A stretch of 64,000 nt of DNA from Mobula birostris (taxonomy: Eukaryota), in contig NC_092371.1 of NCBI RefSeq assembly GCF_030028105.1, positions 165,719,358 through 165,783,357 of the forward strand, written 5' to 3'. Of this stretch, positions 36,865 to 51,469 are shown in pieces. A program made the position numbers and the translations under genes. How positions within the stretch are numbered: the stretch's first letter is position 1; the number at the start of each line of letters is the position of its first letter. The notes under the pieces were generated by a model. The model made no database searches. It worked only from the letters and a program-made list of their open reading frames with translations, and had not been told where the DNA came from.

Positions 36865-39800
36865 TTAGACCTGCAGGAGGAATTTAAAAGGAGATCATTT
36901 TTTCTTCAGCGGTTTGATCGCGGCATGACTGCGCAGGCGCGTGAACGTCAGCGAGTTAGACTGGCAGGAAGAATTTTAAAAGACAGCTTTATAGAGCGGA
37001 GGGCTTTGGCTCAATGGGGTTTCGGCGATAATGCGTGGAGGCGAGGTAAGTTACCTGTGAAGAACAGGAATACTGAGAAACATAGAAAATAGGTGCAGGA
37101 GTAGACTATTCGGCCCCTCGAGCCTGCACCACCATTCAGTATGATCATGGCTGATCATCCAACTCAGAACCCTGCACCAGCCTTCTCTCCATACCCCCGA
37201 TCCCTTAGCCACGAGGGCCTTATCTAACTCCCTCTTAAATATAGCCAATGAACTGGCCTCAACTGTTTCCTGTGGCAGAGAATTCCACAGAATCACCACT
37301 CTCTGTGTAAAGAAGTTTTTCCTAATCTCGGTCCTAAAAGGCTTCCCCTTTATCCTCAAACTGTGACCCCTCGTTCTGGACTTCCCCAACATTGGGAACA
37401 ATCTTCCTGCATCTAGCCTGTCCAATCCCTTTAGGATTTTATACGTTTCAATCAGATCCCCCCTCAATCTTCTAAATTCCAACGAGTATAAGCCTAGTCG
37501 ATTCAGTCTTCCATCATATGAAAGTCCTGCCATCCCAGGAATCAATCTGCTGAACCTTCTTTGTACTCCCTCTATGGCAAGGATGTCTTTCCTCAGATTG
37601 GGGACCAAAACTGCACACAATACTCCAGGTGTGGTCTCACCAAGGCCTTGTACAACTGCAGTAGTACCTCCCTGCTCCTGTACTCGAATCCTCTTGCTAT
37701 GAATGCCAGCATACCATTCGCCTTTCTCACCGCCTGCTGTACCTGCATGCCCACTTTCAATGACTGGTGTATAATGACACCCAGGTCTCATTACACCTCC
37801 CCTTTTCCTAATCGGCCACCATTCAGATAATAATCTGTTTTCCTGTTTTTGCCACCAAAGTGGATAACCTCACATTTATCCACATTAAATTGCATCTACC
37901 ATGAATTTGTCCACTCACCTAACCTATCCAAGTCACCCTGCATCCTCTTAGCATCCTCCTCACAGCTAACACTGCCGCCCAGCTTCGTGTCATCCGCAAA
38001 CTTGGAGATGCTGCATTTAATTCCCTCATCCAAGTCATTAATATATATTGTAAACAACTGGGGTCCCAGCACTGATCCTTGCGGTACCCCACTAGTCACT
38101 GCCTGCCATTCTGAAAAGGTCCCGTTTATTCTCACTCTTTGCTTCCTGTCTGCCAACCAATTCTCTATCCACATCAATACCTTACCCCCAATACCATGTG
38201 CTTTAAGTTTGCACACTAATCTCCTGTGTGGGACCTTGTCAAAAGCCTTTTGAAAATCCAAATATACCACATCCACTGGTTCTCCCCTATCCACTCTACT
38301 AGTTACATCCTCAAAAAATTCTATGAGATTCGTCAGGCATGATTTTCCTTTCACAAATCCATGCTGACTTTGTCCGATGATTTCACCACTTTCCAAATGT
38401 GCTGTTATCACATCTTTGATAACTGACTCTAGCATTTTCCCCACCACCGATGTTAGGCTAACCAGTCTATAGTTCCCTGGTTTCTCTCTCCCTCCTTTTT
38501 TAAAAAGTGGGGTTACATTAGCCACTCTCCAAACCTCAGGAACTAGTCCAGAATCTAAAGTGTTTTGAAAAATTATCACTAATGCATCCACTATTTCTTG
38601 GGCTACTTCCTTAAGCACTCTGGGATGCAGACCATCTGGCCCTGGGGATTTATCTGCCTTTAATCCCTTCAATTTACCCAACACCACTTCCCTACTACCA
38701 TGTATTTCCCTCAGTTCCTCCATCTCACTGGACCCTCTGTCCCCTACTATTTCCGGAAGATTATTTATGTCCTCCTTAGTGAAGACAGAACCAAAGTAAT
38801 TATTCAATTGGTCTGCCATGTCCTTGCTCCCCATAATCAATTCACCTGTTTCACTCTGTAGGGGACCTACGTTTGTCTTAACCAATCTTTTTCTTTTCAC
38901 ATATCTATAAAAGCTTTTACAGTCAGTTTTTATGTTCCCTGCCAGTTTTCTCTCATAATCTTTTTTTCCCCTTCCTAATTAAGCCCTTTGTCCTCCTCTG
39001 CTAAACTCTGAATTTCTCCCAGTCCTCAGGTGAGCCACTTTTTCTGGCTAATTTGTATGCTTCTTCTTTGGAATTGATACTATCCCTAATTTCCCTTGTC
39101 AGTCACAGGTGCACTACCTTCCTTGATTTATTCTTTTGCCAAACTGGGATGAACAATTGTTGTAGTTCATCCATGCGATCTTTAAATGCTTGCCATTGCA
39201 TATCCACCGTCAATCCCTTAAGTGTCATTTGCCAGTCTACCTTAGCTAATTCACATCTCATACCTTCAAAGTTACCTTTCTTTAAGTTCAGAACCTTTGT
39301 TTCTGAATTAACTATGTCACTCTCCATCTTAATGAAGAATTCCGCCATATTATGGTCACTCTTAACCAAGGGGCCTCTCACGACAAGATTGCTAATTAAC
39401 CCTTCCTCATTGCTCAATACCCAGTCTAGAATAGCCTGCTGTCTAGTTGGTTCCTCGACATGTTGGTTCAAAAAACCATCCCGCATACATTCCTCTTCCT
39501 CAGCACCCTTACCAATTTGGTTCACCCAATCTACATGTAGATTGAAGTCACCCATTATAACTGCTGTTCCTTTATTGCACGCATTTGTAATTTCCTGTTT
39601 AATACCATCCCCAACCTCACTACTACTGTTAGGTGGCCTGTACACAACTCCCACCAGCGTTTGCTGCCCCTTAGTGTTATGCAGCTCCACCCATATCGAT
39701 TCCACATCCTCCCGGCTAATGTCCTTCCTTTCTATTGTGTTAATCTCCTCTCTAACCAGCAATGCTACCCCACCTCCTTTTCTTTCATGTCTATCCCTCC

Positions 39801-42800
39801 TGAATATTGAATATCCCTGAATGTTGAGCTCCCATCCCTGGTCACCCTGGAGCCATGTCTCTGTGATCCCAACTATATCATATTCATTAATATGAATCTG
39901 CACTTTTAATTCATCCACCTTGTTACGAATGCTCCTTGCATTGACACACAAAGCCTTCACACTCGCTTTTACAACACTCTTAGCTCTTACACAATTATTT
40001 TGAAAAGTGGCCCTTTTTGATTTTTGCCCTGGATTTGCCAGCCTGCCACTTTTACTATTCACCTTACTACTTTTTGCTTCTATCCTCATTTTACACCCCT
40101 CTGCCTCTCTGCACTTGTTCCCATCCCCCTGTTGTGAACTAACCTCCTCTCTCCTAGCCTCTTTAATTTGATTCCCACCCCCCAACTCTCTGAGCATCTC
40201 TGTGAGGCCGGTGTTCTGTACTGGGTGTCAGATGTGGGGTATGTGGGATGTCTGGGAGACTCCTCCCAGCCACTTCTGCGCAAGGTGCATCAGGTGCAGC
40301 TCCTTAGGGACCGTGTTAGGGAACTGGAGATACATCTTGCTGACCTTTGTCTGGTCAGGGAAAGTGAGTACTGTTGTGGGGGGTGGACCTGACCTGGGGG
40401 AAGCAACAGTGGCCGTGCCTCTGGCACAGGGTCCGGTCCTGTGGCTCAGAAGGGGAGGGAAAGGAAGAGGAAGGCAGCAGTGATAGGGGACTCTATAGTT
40501 AAGGGGTCAGACAGGTGATTCTGTGGACACAGGAAAAAAGCATGGATGGTAGTTTGCCTCCCAGGTGCCAGGGTCCGGGATGTCTCTGATCACGCCATGG
40601 TATCCTGAAGTGGGAAGGAGAACAGCCAAAGGTTGTGGTACATATTGGTACCAATGACACAGGTAGGAAAAGGGAGGAGGTCCTGAAAACAGACTACAGG
40701 GAGTTAGGAAGGAAGTTGAGAAGCAGGACCACAAGGGTAGTAATCTCGGGATTACTGCCTATGCCACGTGACAGCGAGTATAGGAATAGAGTGAGGTGGA
40801 GGATAATTGCATGGCTGAGGGATTGGAGCAGGGGGCAGGGATTCAGATTTCTGGATCATTGGGACCTCTTTTGGGGCAGGCGTGACCCATACAAAAAGGA
40901 CGGGTTGCACTTGAATCCCAGGGGGACCTATATCCTGGTAGGGAGGTTTGCTAAGGCTACCGGGGAGAGTTTAAACTAGAATTGCTGGGGGGTGGGAACC
41001 GAACTGCAGAGACGGAGGAAGGTTCACAAATAGAGAAAGTGCGCAGGCAGTGAGGGGGGAGGATCGGCGGGTGATAGAGAAAGGATGTGCTCAGACTGAT
41101 GGATTGAGATGTGTCTATTTTAATGCAAGGAGTACGTGGAGCTATGTTGTTGTGGTCATTACAGAGACTTGGATGGCTCAGAGGTAGGAATGGCTAGTTA
41201 GAGTGCTAGGCTTTAGATGTTTCAGAAAGGACAGGGAGGGAGGCAAAAGAGGTGGGGGTGTGGCACTGCTGATCAGAGATAGTGTCACGGCTGCAGTGAA
41301 GGAGGAAGTCATGGAGAGATTGTCTACCGAGTCTCAGGAAGGGGTCAATAACACTACTGGGTGTATTTTTTACAGTCCACTCAATAGTAACAGGGCCATC
41401 GAGGAGCAAATAGGGAGACAGATTCTGGAACGGTGCAATAATAACAGGGTTTTCATTATGGGAGATTTTAATTTCCCAAATATTGATTGGCATCTCCCAA
41501 GGGGTTTAGATGAGGTGGAATTTATTAGGTGTGTTCAGGAAGGTTTCCTGACACAATATATAGGTAAGTCTACAAGAGGAGAGGCTGTACTTGATCTGGT
41601 ATTGGGAAATGAACCTGGTCAGGTGTCAGGTCTCTCATTGGGAGAGCATTTTGGAGATAGTGATCACAATTCCATCTCCTTTACCATAGCATTGGAGAGA
41701 GATAGGAACAGGCAAGTTCAGAAAGCGTTTATTTGGAGTAAGGAGGAATATGAAGCTACCAGGCAGGAACTTGGAAACATAAAATGGGAACAGATGTTCT
41801 CAGGGAAATATACGGCAGAAATGTGGCAAATGTTTAGGGGATATTTGCATGATGTTCTGCATAGGTACATTCCAATGAGACAGGGAAAGGATGGTAGGGT
41901 ACAGGAACCATGGTGGACAAAGGCTGTTGAAAATCTAGTCAAGAAGAAAAGCTTATGAAAGGTTCAAAAAACTAGGTAATGATGGAGATCTAGAAAATTA
42001 TAAGGCTAGCAGGAAGGATCTTAAGAATGAAATTAGGAGGGCCAGCAGGGGCCATGAGAAGGCTTTGGCGGACAAGATTAGGGAAAACCCCAAGGCATTC
42101 TACAAGTATGTGAAGAGCAAGAGGATAAGACATGAGAGAATAGGACCGATCAAGTGTGACAGTGGAAAAGTGTGTTTGGAACTGGAGGAGGTACTTAATG
42201 AATACTTTGCTTCAGTATTCACTACGGAAAAGGATCTTGGTGATTGTAGGGATGACTTACAGTGAATTGAAAAGCTTGAGCATGTAGATATTAAGAAAGA
42301 GGATGTGCTGGAGCTTTTGGAAAGCATCAAGTTGGATACGTCTCTGGGAACGGACGAGATATACCCCAGGCTACTGTGGGAGGCGAGGGAGGAGATTGCT
42401 GAGCCTCTGGCAATGATCTTTGCCTCATCAATGAGAATGGGAGAACTTCCAGAGGATTGGAGGGTTGCAGATCTTGTTCCCTTATTCATGAAAGGAAGTA
42501 GAGCTAGCTCAGGAAAATATAGACCAGTGAGTCTTACTTCAGTGATGGTGGTGGAGGCAGATACAATATGGTCTTTTAAGAGACTTTTGGATAGGTACAT
42601 GGAGCTCAGAAAAACAGAGGGCTATAGGTAAGCCAAGTAATTTCTAAGGTAGGGACATGTGGGCCGAAGGGCCTGTGTTGTGCTATAGGTTTTCTATGTT
42701 TCTATCCGGAGAGGCAGGATTTATGAACATTTGGAGAGGCATAATATGGTTAGGGATAGTCAGCATGACTTTGTCAAAGGCAGGTCGTGCCTTACAAGCC

Positions 42801-43885
42801 TGATTGAATTTTTTGAGGAAGTGACTAAATACATTTATGAAGGTAGAGCAGTAGATGTAGTGTATATGGATTTCAGCAAGGCATTTGATAAGGTACCCCA
42901 TGCAAGGCTTATTGAGAAAGTAAGGAGGCACAGGATCCAAGGGGACCTTGCTTTGTGAATCCAGAATTAATTTGCCCTCAGAAGGCAAACAGTGGTTGTA
43001 GACGGGTCATATTCTGCATGGAGGTCAGTGACCAGTGATGTGTCTCAGGGATCTGTTCTGGAACCCCTTCTCTTTGTGATTTTTGTAAATGACCTGAATG
43101 AAGAAGTGGAGAAATGGAAATTTGCTGATGACACAAAGGTTAGAGGTGTTGTGGATAGCGTGGAGGGCTGTTGGAGGTTACAGTGGGACATCAATAGGAT
43201 GCAAAACAGGGCTGAGAAGTGGCAGATGGAGTCCAACCCAAATAAGTGGGAGATAGTTCATTTTGGTAGGTCAAATATGATGGCCAAATATAGCATTAAT
43301 AGCAAGACTCTTGGCAGTGTGGAGGATCACAGGGATCTTGGTGTCCAAGTCCATAGAAAACTCAAAGCTGTTGTGCAGGTTGACTCTGTGGTTAAGAAGG
43401 TATACAGTGCATTGGCCTTCATCAATTGTGGGATTAAGTTTAGGAGCCAAGAGGTAATGTTGCAGCTATATAGGACTCTGTTCAGATCCCACTTGGAGTA
43501 CTGTGCTCAGTTCTGGTCGCCTCACTGCAAGAAGGATGTGGAAACCGTAGAAAGGGTGCAGAGGAGATTTACAAGGATATTGCCTGGATTGGGGAGCATG
43601 CCTTATGAGAATAGGTTGAGTGAACTCAGCCTTTTTTCTTTGGAGCGACAGAGGATGATAGGTGACCTGATAGAGGTGTACAAGATGATTAGAGGCATTG
43701 ATCGTGTGGATAGTCAGAGACTTTTTCCCAGGGCTGAAGTAGCTAGCACGAGAGGGCACAGTTTTAAGGTGCTTGGAAGTAGGTACAGAGGAGATGTCAG
43801 GGTAAGTTTTGTTTTAAGCAGAGAGTGGTGAGTGCGTGGAATGGGCTGCCGGCGACCGTGGTTTAGGCCGATATGATAGGGTCTT
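36865..43885 (+). mobile_element. CR1 LINE with ORF1 (Cys motif + SGNH esterase) and ORF2, interrupted by the antisense CR1 at 37076-40190
   Basis: 5' UTR-like segment 36865-37075; RPVFCTGCQMW at 40202; GDSIV, VHIGTND and DGLHLN esterase motifs at 40485-40979; endonuclease and RT fragments 41203-43831. Confidence 0.85.
37076..40190 (-). mobile_element. Young CR1 LINE, near-complete ORF2 (APE endonuclease + RT), internally deleted
   Basis: ORFs 39103-40197 (NARSIRNK, GITETWL, MGDFN, SDHN), 37896-38900 ([30 protein letters not shown]) and 37051-37791; 3' tail aaacatagaaa. Confidence 0.93.
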
Positions 43886-44605
43886 TTATAAGATTTTATA
43901 ATTCTTTTCCCCAAATGGAGGACCATGGCATTGATATTGAAAGGGATGATAGAGTAGGATTGTCATCTAGCCAGCAACAGCGGGGATAAAAAGGGGCTCT
44001 AAAAGTTTCTATTAACACAAAAAGGAAACCTAACAAAAGTTAATATGGGTTCTTTTACATTAATCAGGAGAAAATGTACTGCGAAACGAGGAAATGGAAG
44101 AGAAAGTAAATAAACATTTTGTCCTCTTCACAGAAAATATCCTGGTAATAGTACTGCACACCTCTCCCCTCTATCTACAGGGGGCACTGCCTCAGGAAGG
44201 CAGCATCAAGTCAAAATCCCCACTATCTTGCCTGTGCCATCTTCTCACATCTATGGAGCAGGAGGCACAGAAGTCTGAAATCCCACACCACCAGGCTCAA
44301 GAACAGACACTTCCCTTCAAACATTTCGTTCTTGCAGTAACACAATTACTACCTCAGTGCAGTAATACATCACTTCACACTACAATGGATTTTGGTCATT
44401 TCATTTTGGTTCTTCCTTATACAATTCAGTTTTTCTTCTGAATGTGGCTCTAAAGTCATTTGGTATAACTGAAGTGGAGGTTGATACATTCTTGATTAGT
44501 AAAGGCGTCAAAGTTATGGGGAGAAGGCAGGAGAATGGAGTTGAGAGGGATAGTAAATCAGCCATGATGGACTTGATGGCCAGATGGCCCACTTCTGTTC
44601 CCATG

Positions 44606-46507
44606 TCTCTTTTCAGAGGGGCTGCAATTAGTGTGAGGGGTCCTTTGTTGAAGAACTCTGCTTTTGACTGTTCTCGGCAGATTACAGTCAGCACAGGGCC
44701 AATAAAAAGAAAGGAGGCATAAGCAGAGCAGCCATTGTCAGAGTTGTCTGCCTTTGGCTCAACAGGCTTGGGCAAGCACAACTGGAGCTTCCAAGTGAGC
44801 AAGTTTCTAGTAAGTACACAGCTAGTGCACTGAGAATGGGTTCAGAGGTAGTGGGATGTGGGAACTCCAGGAGACCTCCAGTCTTCCTGATAACTACATC
44901 TGCATTAAGTACAATGAGCATCAGCTCCTGAGAGAAACTGCTCTTCCACCAAAGCTGCCCTCACCCCATCCTCCTGCTGCCACACTAGGGATAGAGTTCC
45001 TCTTGTCCTCACTTACCACCCTGCAAGCCTCCACATCCAGCATATAATTCTCTGTAACCTCCACCATCTCTAACAAGATCCCACCACAAAACACATCTTT
45101 CCCTTCCCCCTATTTTCAACTTTCTGCAGGGATCACTCCCTAGTCCACCCATCTCCCTCCTGACACTTACCAGTTCCTGCCCCTACACCTCCTCCCTCAC
45201 GACCACTCAGGGCCCCAAACAGACCTTCCTGATGAGGCAACACCACCTGCGAGTCTGTTGGGGTCATGTACTGCATCATTGCTCCCGCTGTGGCTTCCTG
45301 TAAATCAGCGAGACCCAGTGTAGATTTGGAGACCACTCAGTAAAACACCTTTGCTCCATTCATCACAAAAAAGCAAGATTTCCCAGTGGCCACCGATTTC
45401 AATTCTACTTCCCATTCCCATTCCAACATGTCAGTCCAAGGCCTCCCCTAGCAAAACTGCCCACAGGGATATTGGCCCCTTCAAGTTCAGGTGTAACTTG
45501 TCCCTTTTGTACAGGTCATACCTTCCGCAGAAAAGATACCAATGGCCCAGAAATCTAAAACCCTACCCCCTGCCCCAATTCCTCAGCCAAATCATCCAAT
45601 TCTTACCCTCACTGGCACATGGCACAGGCAGCAATCCAGAGATTACTACCCTGGAGGTCTTGCTTTTCAGCCTTCTACCCTCCATTCTCTCTTCAGGATC
45701 TCCACCTTTTCCCTACCTGCATTATTGGTGCCAATAAGCACCACAACTTCAGATTGCTCACCTTTTGCCTTTAGAATGCCATGGACCCGATCCAAAACAT
45801 CCCTGATCCTTCCCTGTGCATGCAACATACCACCTGGGTGTCCCTTTCACGTCCACAAGATCTTCTTCCTGCTCCTCTAACTATGGAATCCCGTATTGCT
45901 ACTGCACTCCTCTTCTCTCCAGTTCCCTTCTGAACCACAGAGCCAGACTCTCCACCAGAGTCCTGCTCGCTGTGGCTTCTCCTTGTTAGCTACCCACCCC
46001 TCAACAGTATCTAAAGTGGCATATTTACTATTGAGGGGTAGCCCGTACTGGTTGCCCATTCCCATTCCCTCTCCCAACAGTCACCCAGGTACCAGACTCC
46101 TGCAGCTCCTATATATCACCTTATTTCCCCATATGAGTTGAAGGTCATCCAGCTGTAGCTCTATTTCCTTGATACGTTCTCTCAGGAGCTGATGCTCGTT
46201 GCACTTAATGCAGATGTAGTTATCAGGAAGACTGGAGGTCTCCTGGAGTTCCCACATCCCACTACCTCTGAACCCATTCTCAGTGCACTAGCTGTGTACT
46301 TACTAGAAACTTGCTCACTTGGAAGCTCCAGTTGTGCTTGCCCAAGCCTGTTGAGCCAAAGGCAGACAACTCTGACAATGGCTGCTCTGCTTATGCCTCC
46401 TTTCTTTTTATTGGCCCTGTGCTGACTGCAATCCGCCGAGAACAGTCAAAAGCAGAGTTCTTCAACAAAGGACCCCTCACACTAATTGCAGCCCCTCTGA
46501 AAAGAGA
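44606..46507. repeat. Inverted duplication, 331-bp arms (44606-44936 and 46177-46507) of a CR1 5' end
   Basis: Arms are reverse complements with only 4 differences found by eye; the ORF track shows near-identical mirror ORFs (44688-44921 minus, 46192-46425 plus). Confidence 0.92.
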
Positions 46508-49500
46508 TGAAGGCACTGGAATTCTTTTTAAACCTCGCACTGCATCACCAAAGAACCACCTCTCGCTCTGATTGCAGCCCACCAAATATAGCTGAAAATT
46601 CAACAGGTGCGTCACTTTGAAAACCGAAGGAAGGTTGAAGGTTGAAGTCGGCAAGTCCTGAGACAGAGGCAAGAAGGTCAGGTCTATGAATCATGGCCAG
46701 GGACTTGAGGTTCAATATCTGAATTTGAGAGTGCGGGGCCAAGGACTGCAGACCTGGAGGGAGCCTGGACTGGGATTCGAGGCCTGTGTGTGTCTGCAGG
46801 AAAGGTCTTGTTTTGATGTTGCCGTCACCTTGTTTCGTTCTGTTGCTGCTGCTGCTGCTTGTGTTTTTGTGTTGAAAAACATGGGCATGCTACGTTCGTG
46901 CTGGAATGTGTGGTTTCACTCGCACATCCTTGGGTGTGTTGGTTGTTAATGCAAACGACACATTTTACCGTACAGTTTGATGTACATGTGATAAAAAAAA
47001 ACAGAATTTAAATTTGAAACCTAAATCTAACTTTTTACATCTAGTGTGGGAACACAAAATCTTATTGGCTGTGAGGAACTCAGGTTGACTAGATTAAGAA
47101 AAACAACTTCAGTCTGAAATTGTGAAAATTCATTGTTATTTTTTTTATTCCATCATAAAAACACCATGAGTGCAGGCTGTAGCATTTACTCCCGTAAGAG
47201 TGACCTCCAGTACATCTCCTTATCCCAGAGCAGCAGTGAGCCATTCACTGCCTTTGAGTTTTGTTTCCTACTCAGTGTGGACCTGTACTGTGGTTCAATT
47301 TACATACAATAAATCAGTTATAAACAATAGATAGTTAGTGCAAACATACTCTCACCCATTCTCTTTAAATGTAAGGTTTCAGCTCACAATAAAGGCATTG
47401 CCCTTCTCTGAGGACCGTCACCCTGTCGTGATGGAGAGGTTTCCGAGTTCCTGAGCTCCCAACATCAATGCTGTCTGGAGCTCAGCTCCTGGTAGGGTCA
47501 TGTCACAAAGGCAGTGAAGGGTCCCCAGTCATCTTGGATGCCACGCCACTGGGTGCTGACCCCAATCTGTCAAGGACCGTGTGGTGGTTGCCAGTGCCCC
47601 AGCCTCCCCACGTTAAACTAAGTCAAGCACAAGGGTTCTCCATTAAGGAGATTACTCGACTTGTGTGATTGCACTACTACTGCTGTAGACATTGCCACAC
47701 AAGTTCCTCTGGCAGTGGGCTTAAACGTGAAACCCTGATTATTACTGAATTTCATCACCTGGAGAGAGAAGCCATACGGCAAGGTGAAAAGAAACATGAT
47801 CAAAATTAATATTTAAAAGTTTTCTAAATGTGGTTCTTTCAAACAGAACACCATTCTTTCAAATTAATGTTACACAATGCCAACACTTATTCAAAATAAG
47901 ACTTACTGTAACAATGAGATTTTACCCCCCCCCCCCGCTTAAGCTTCCACACAGGAAGAATGTAAATAAAGCTCGACTATGTGGAATTGGAGATAACAAG
48001 ACCATAAGACATAGGAGCAGAATTAGGCCATTCGAACCATTGAGTGTGCTCTGCAATTCCATCATGGCTGATTTATTAGCCTTTCTCCTGCCTTCATCTC
48101 CCATAACCTTTGACGCACTTATTAATCAAGAACCTATCAACCTCCGCTTTAAATATACCGAATGACTTGGCCTCCACAGCTGGCTAAAGAAATTCCTCCT
48201 CATCTCTGTTCTAAAGGGATCTCTCTCTATTCTATGGCTGTGCACTTTGGTCCGAGACTCCCCCACAATTGGAAACATCCTCTCTACGTCCACTCTATGC
48301 CTTTCAGTAATAGCTTTCAAAGAGTCCACCCCCTGCCCAAGCTCAAGTGAGTACAGGCCCAGAGCCATCAATCACTCATGTGTTAACCCTTTCATTCCTG
48401 GGATCATTCTCACAAACTTCTTCTGGACCTTCTACATTGCCAGCACATCTTTTCTAAGATGAAGGGCCCACATCACCCCTAGTGTATAAACAGATTAACA
48501 GTAGATTGAGATTGGTTAACAGATGGAAAAAAGGAATAAATGGGCTCTCATGTTGGCAGGCAGTTACTAACAGAATATAGCAGGGATTAGTCATTGCCCA
48601 GCTATTTACAATCGATTTCAACAGCTTGGACAAAGGAAAGTGTGAGGGGTAATGAGGATGGTCATATGTTGGTTCGAGAAGTGGGAAGCTCCACAGAGAA
48701 TATAAAATAATATTATAAATGCCAAATATTTTAGTTTTATATTGAAAGAGACTAGGAAATTCTCACAGTGAAAGGACCCAGGCTTCCTTGAATACAAGTC
48801 AGCAAGACCAGCATGCAGGTACTACGGGCAACTATGAAAGCAAAGGATATGTTGGCTTTCAGTGCAAAGGGATGAGTTCAAGAGCATCCGCATCAAAAAG
48901 CCATCATAATGAGACTGTGTACAACCTTGACCTTCTGTATACTTGCAATGAAATATTACAATGAAGATTCAGCAGACTAGTTTCGAAGATGTTAGGTTTA
49001 TAATATTTGAAGAAATTATGTAAACAAGACAGTATTCTCAGTCACTTTTTATTTAGGCAAAACCTGATTTATACATCCTAGCAACAATACTACAAGTAAT
49101 TTTTCATTTTTTCTAGACAAACTATATGGTTCATCCAAACAATAATTAGCTGTCTATAAATAGCTTTGTTGATTCTCTTCATTTTAGTTATACCTTAAAA
49201 GGCAATCAGAAGAAAATAAGAATTCATTTATATTTTCATTGTTATACACAATGAGATGGAAGCAGGATTGGCAATTCTTACCCCCTCCCTTTCCCAGGCC
49301 ACTCTCCCATACTCTTCTCTCCTACCTGTTCTAGCTCAGTGGGACTCAATACTGACTCTTTCCTGGTCCGTGTTTAATGTTTCATATAAACAATAAGAGA
49401 ACCACTCCTCTGAAGAACACTGTTCTGGTCTGTAGAATAAAAGGTGACCTCACTGAAACATCTACCATATCTGCCATTCTTTGGGGTCTGACAAGGGAGC

Positions 49501-50561
49501 TGATTTCACTGGTTGCTGGGTCTGGATGCAAGAGGGTTAGACTTAAATCAAAGGGTGGATTGTGCAGGGTTGAGACAAGGAGAGATTTCTTTGAAACTTT
49601 CCAGTCTGAGGGGGTGTAAAGCATCGCCATCATTAATGGCATTCAAAACAGATTAGTAAGGTACTGGATTTCAAAGATACAGGGACATGGCAGAAAAATG
49701 GGGCTGAAATAGATTAGTAATGATCTTGATGAATAATGGACCAACTCAAAAAGACCAACAGCCTAGTCTGGGTTCTTACTTCTTTTCTACAGTCTTCTAT
49801 AGAAACAAGCAGAGATATTCTATAGAAACAATTCGATAGTCTTTCTGAATATATTGCAAGTGCTCTATCAATATCAACTCAGCAATAATCATTCAATAGA
49901 TCCTGCCTCACTTGACAAATATAAAATTTAAACTCAATAACTTTGCAATAACTGTAAACATGCAATCTTCATTTGATCATCTCTCACATGGGGGAGTTAC
50001 AGAAGTGAGGACAGTACTTGCATCTCCACATTAGAACAGGATAAATGCAATACACAAAAAAATCCAGCCTTTACTTGATGCTATTTCTCTCTTATCACAA
50101 GGATTCAAACTCTACAGTGGACTAACATAAAATTTATACTTTGTGCAATCTAGAGGTAACAATGTCCAATTACCCATGTCATTTCTTCAGGGAGAAATAA
50201 AACCAACGATCCAGCCACGGATTCAGTTGGATATTGATCCACACTAAAGAATATACAGATTCTCTGATCTGTTACTCAACACTGATTCTGCCAACTAACA
50301 CCACTACAGATTACCAAACATTATCACACTGACACTTGCTGGAACCTGACATCCAAGTTGACTTTTCATTTCCTACATCTCAATGTTGACTGTACTACCA
50401 ACGAACACAAGCATGCTTACAAGAATGCATTAAGATGTTGTAAATGAAACGTTTCTCCAATTTGCTGATCTGCATATGTGAAAAATAATGCAATTTTATT
50501 TGATACATTTTTGCTCCAAATAATGCCATTATAAAAACAAAAAAGAAAATTAAATAAAGTC

Positions 50562-50711
50562 AAATTTGCATTCTAAGGGTCACAGTTGTGTGTGCAGATT
50601 TTTGCCACTGAATCTGATTGGGTATGGCATGTATCTTGTGACATATCTAATCAGATTCAGTGGCAAAAATCTGTACACAGAACTGTGGCCCTTAAAGTTG
50701 AATACGAATTT
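50562..50711. repeat. Long hairpin/palindrome (about 53-bp core arms, about 15-nt loop), MITE-like
   Basis: taagggtcacagttgtgtgtgcagatttttgccactgaatctgattgggtatg pairs with catatctaatcagattcagtggcaaaaatctgtacacagaactgtggccctta. Confidence 0.85.
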
Positions 50712-51469
50712 GATTTTCTAATAAAGCCATTGTACTAAAATGGAAAAATCGGCATCAATATTTTGATAATCTGAATACCAAAATAAGTTTTATTTTAAAA
50801 AGGTACTTCAAATGTTATTGTTTCATAGAGCATTAATGCAGGATCAAGATGAAATTAGACTTTCACTACAGTGGCAACTTTACTTCTAATTTTAAAGTAG
50901 TAAAGATCATAAAAATGGCATTTAGAAGTAGTAGATCAAATAAAACTGTAACCTCCCACAGAGAATGGAATATGCAATTAAAAATCCAAATTACTGGGGC
51001 AAAATTTAGAACAAAATGAGATGCACCTCATCCTATTGGCCCCTGACACATTTAAGCTGCAACTGAAAACCTGTCACAATGGTTTAATCACAGCTTCACT
51101 CAGAGCTAACACATCAAGTGGAACAGCTGTTCAGTTCAAGAGCCGAGGCACGGTCCTGCAGTCAACACATTCAGAAAAACAAGGGTAGTTAACTCTCAAA
51201 TCACTGAAATTGAATTCTGAGCTCTGGAACACTGAATTGTAATAACGTCATGCTTACTGCTACATTACAGTAGCACCCACTTTATAGTGGTTAACTGATC
51301 TACCAACCTCCGCACCTTTGTAATGAGGGAGAATGACCAAACTCCACACGGACAACACTGGAGATCACTGACCTTTAATGATCTTCAAAGCACCCAAATA
51401 AATCCTTCAGACCCCAAACAAAACTTGTCGGCCTTTACCTGGTGCCATTCCTCTCATATTACAAGAATT

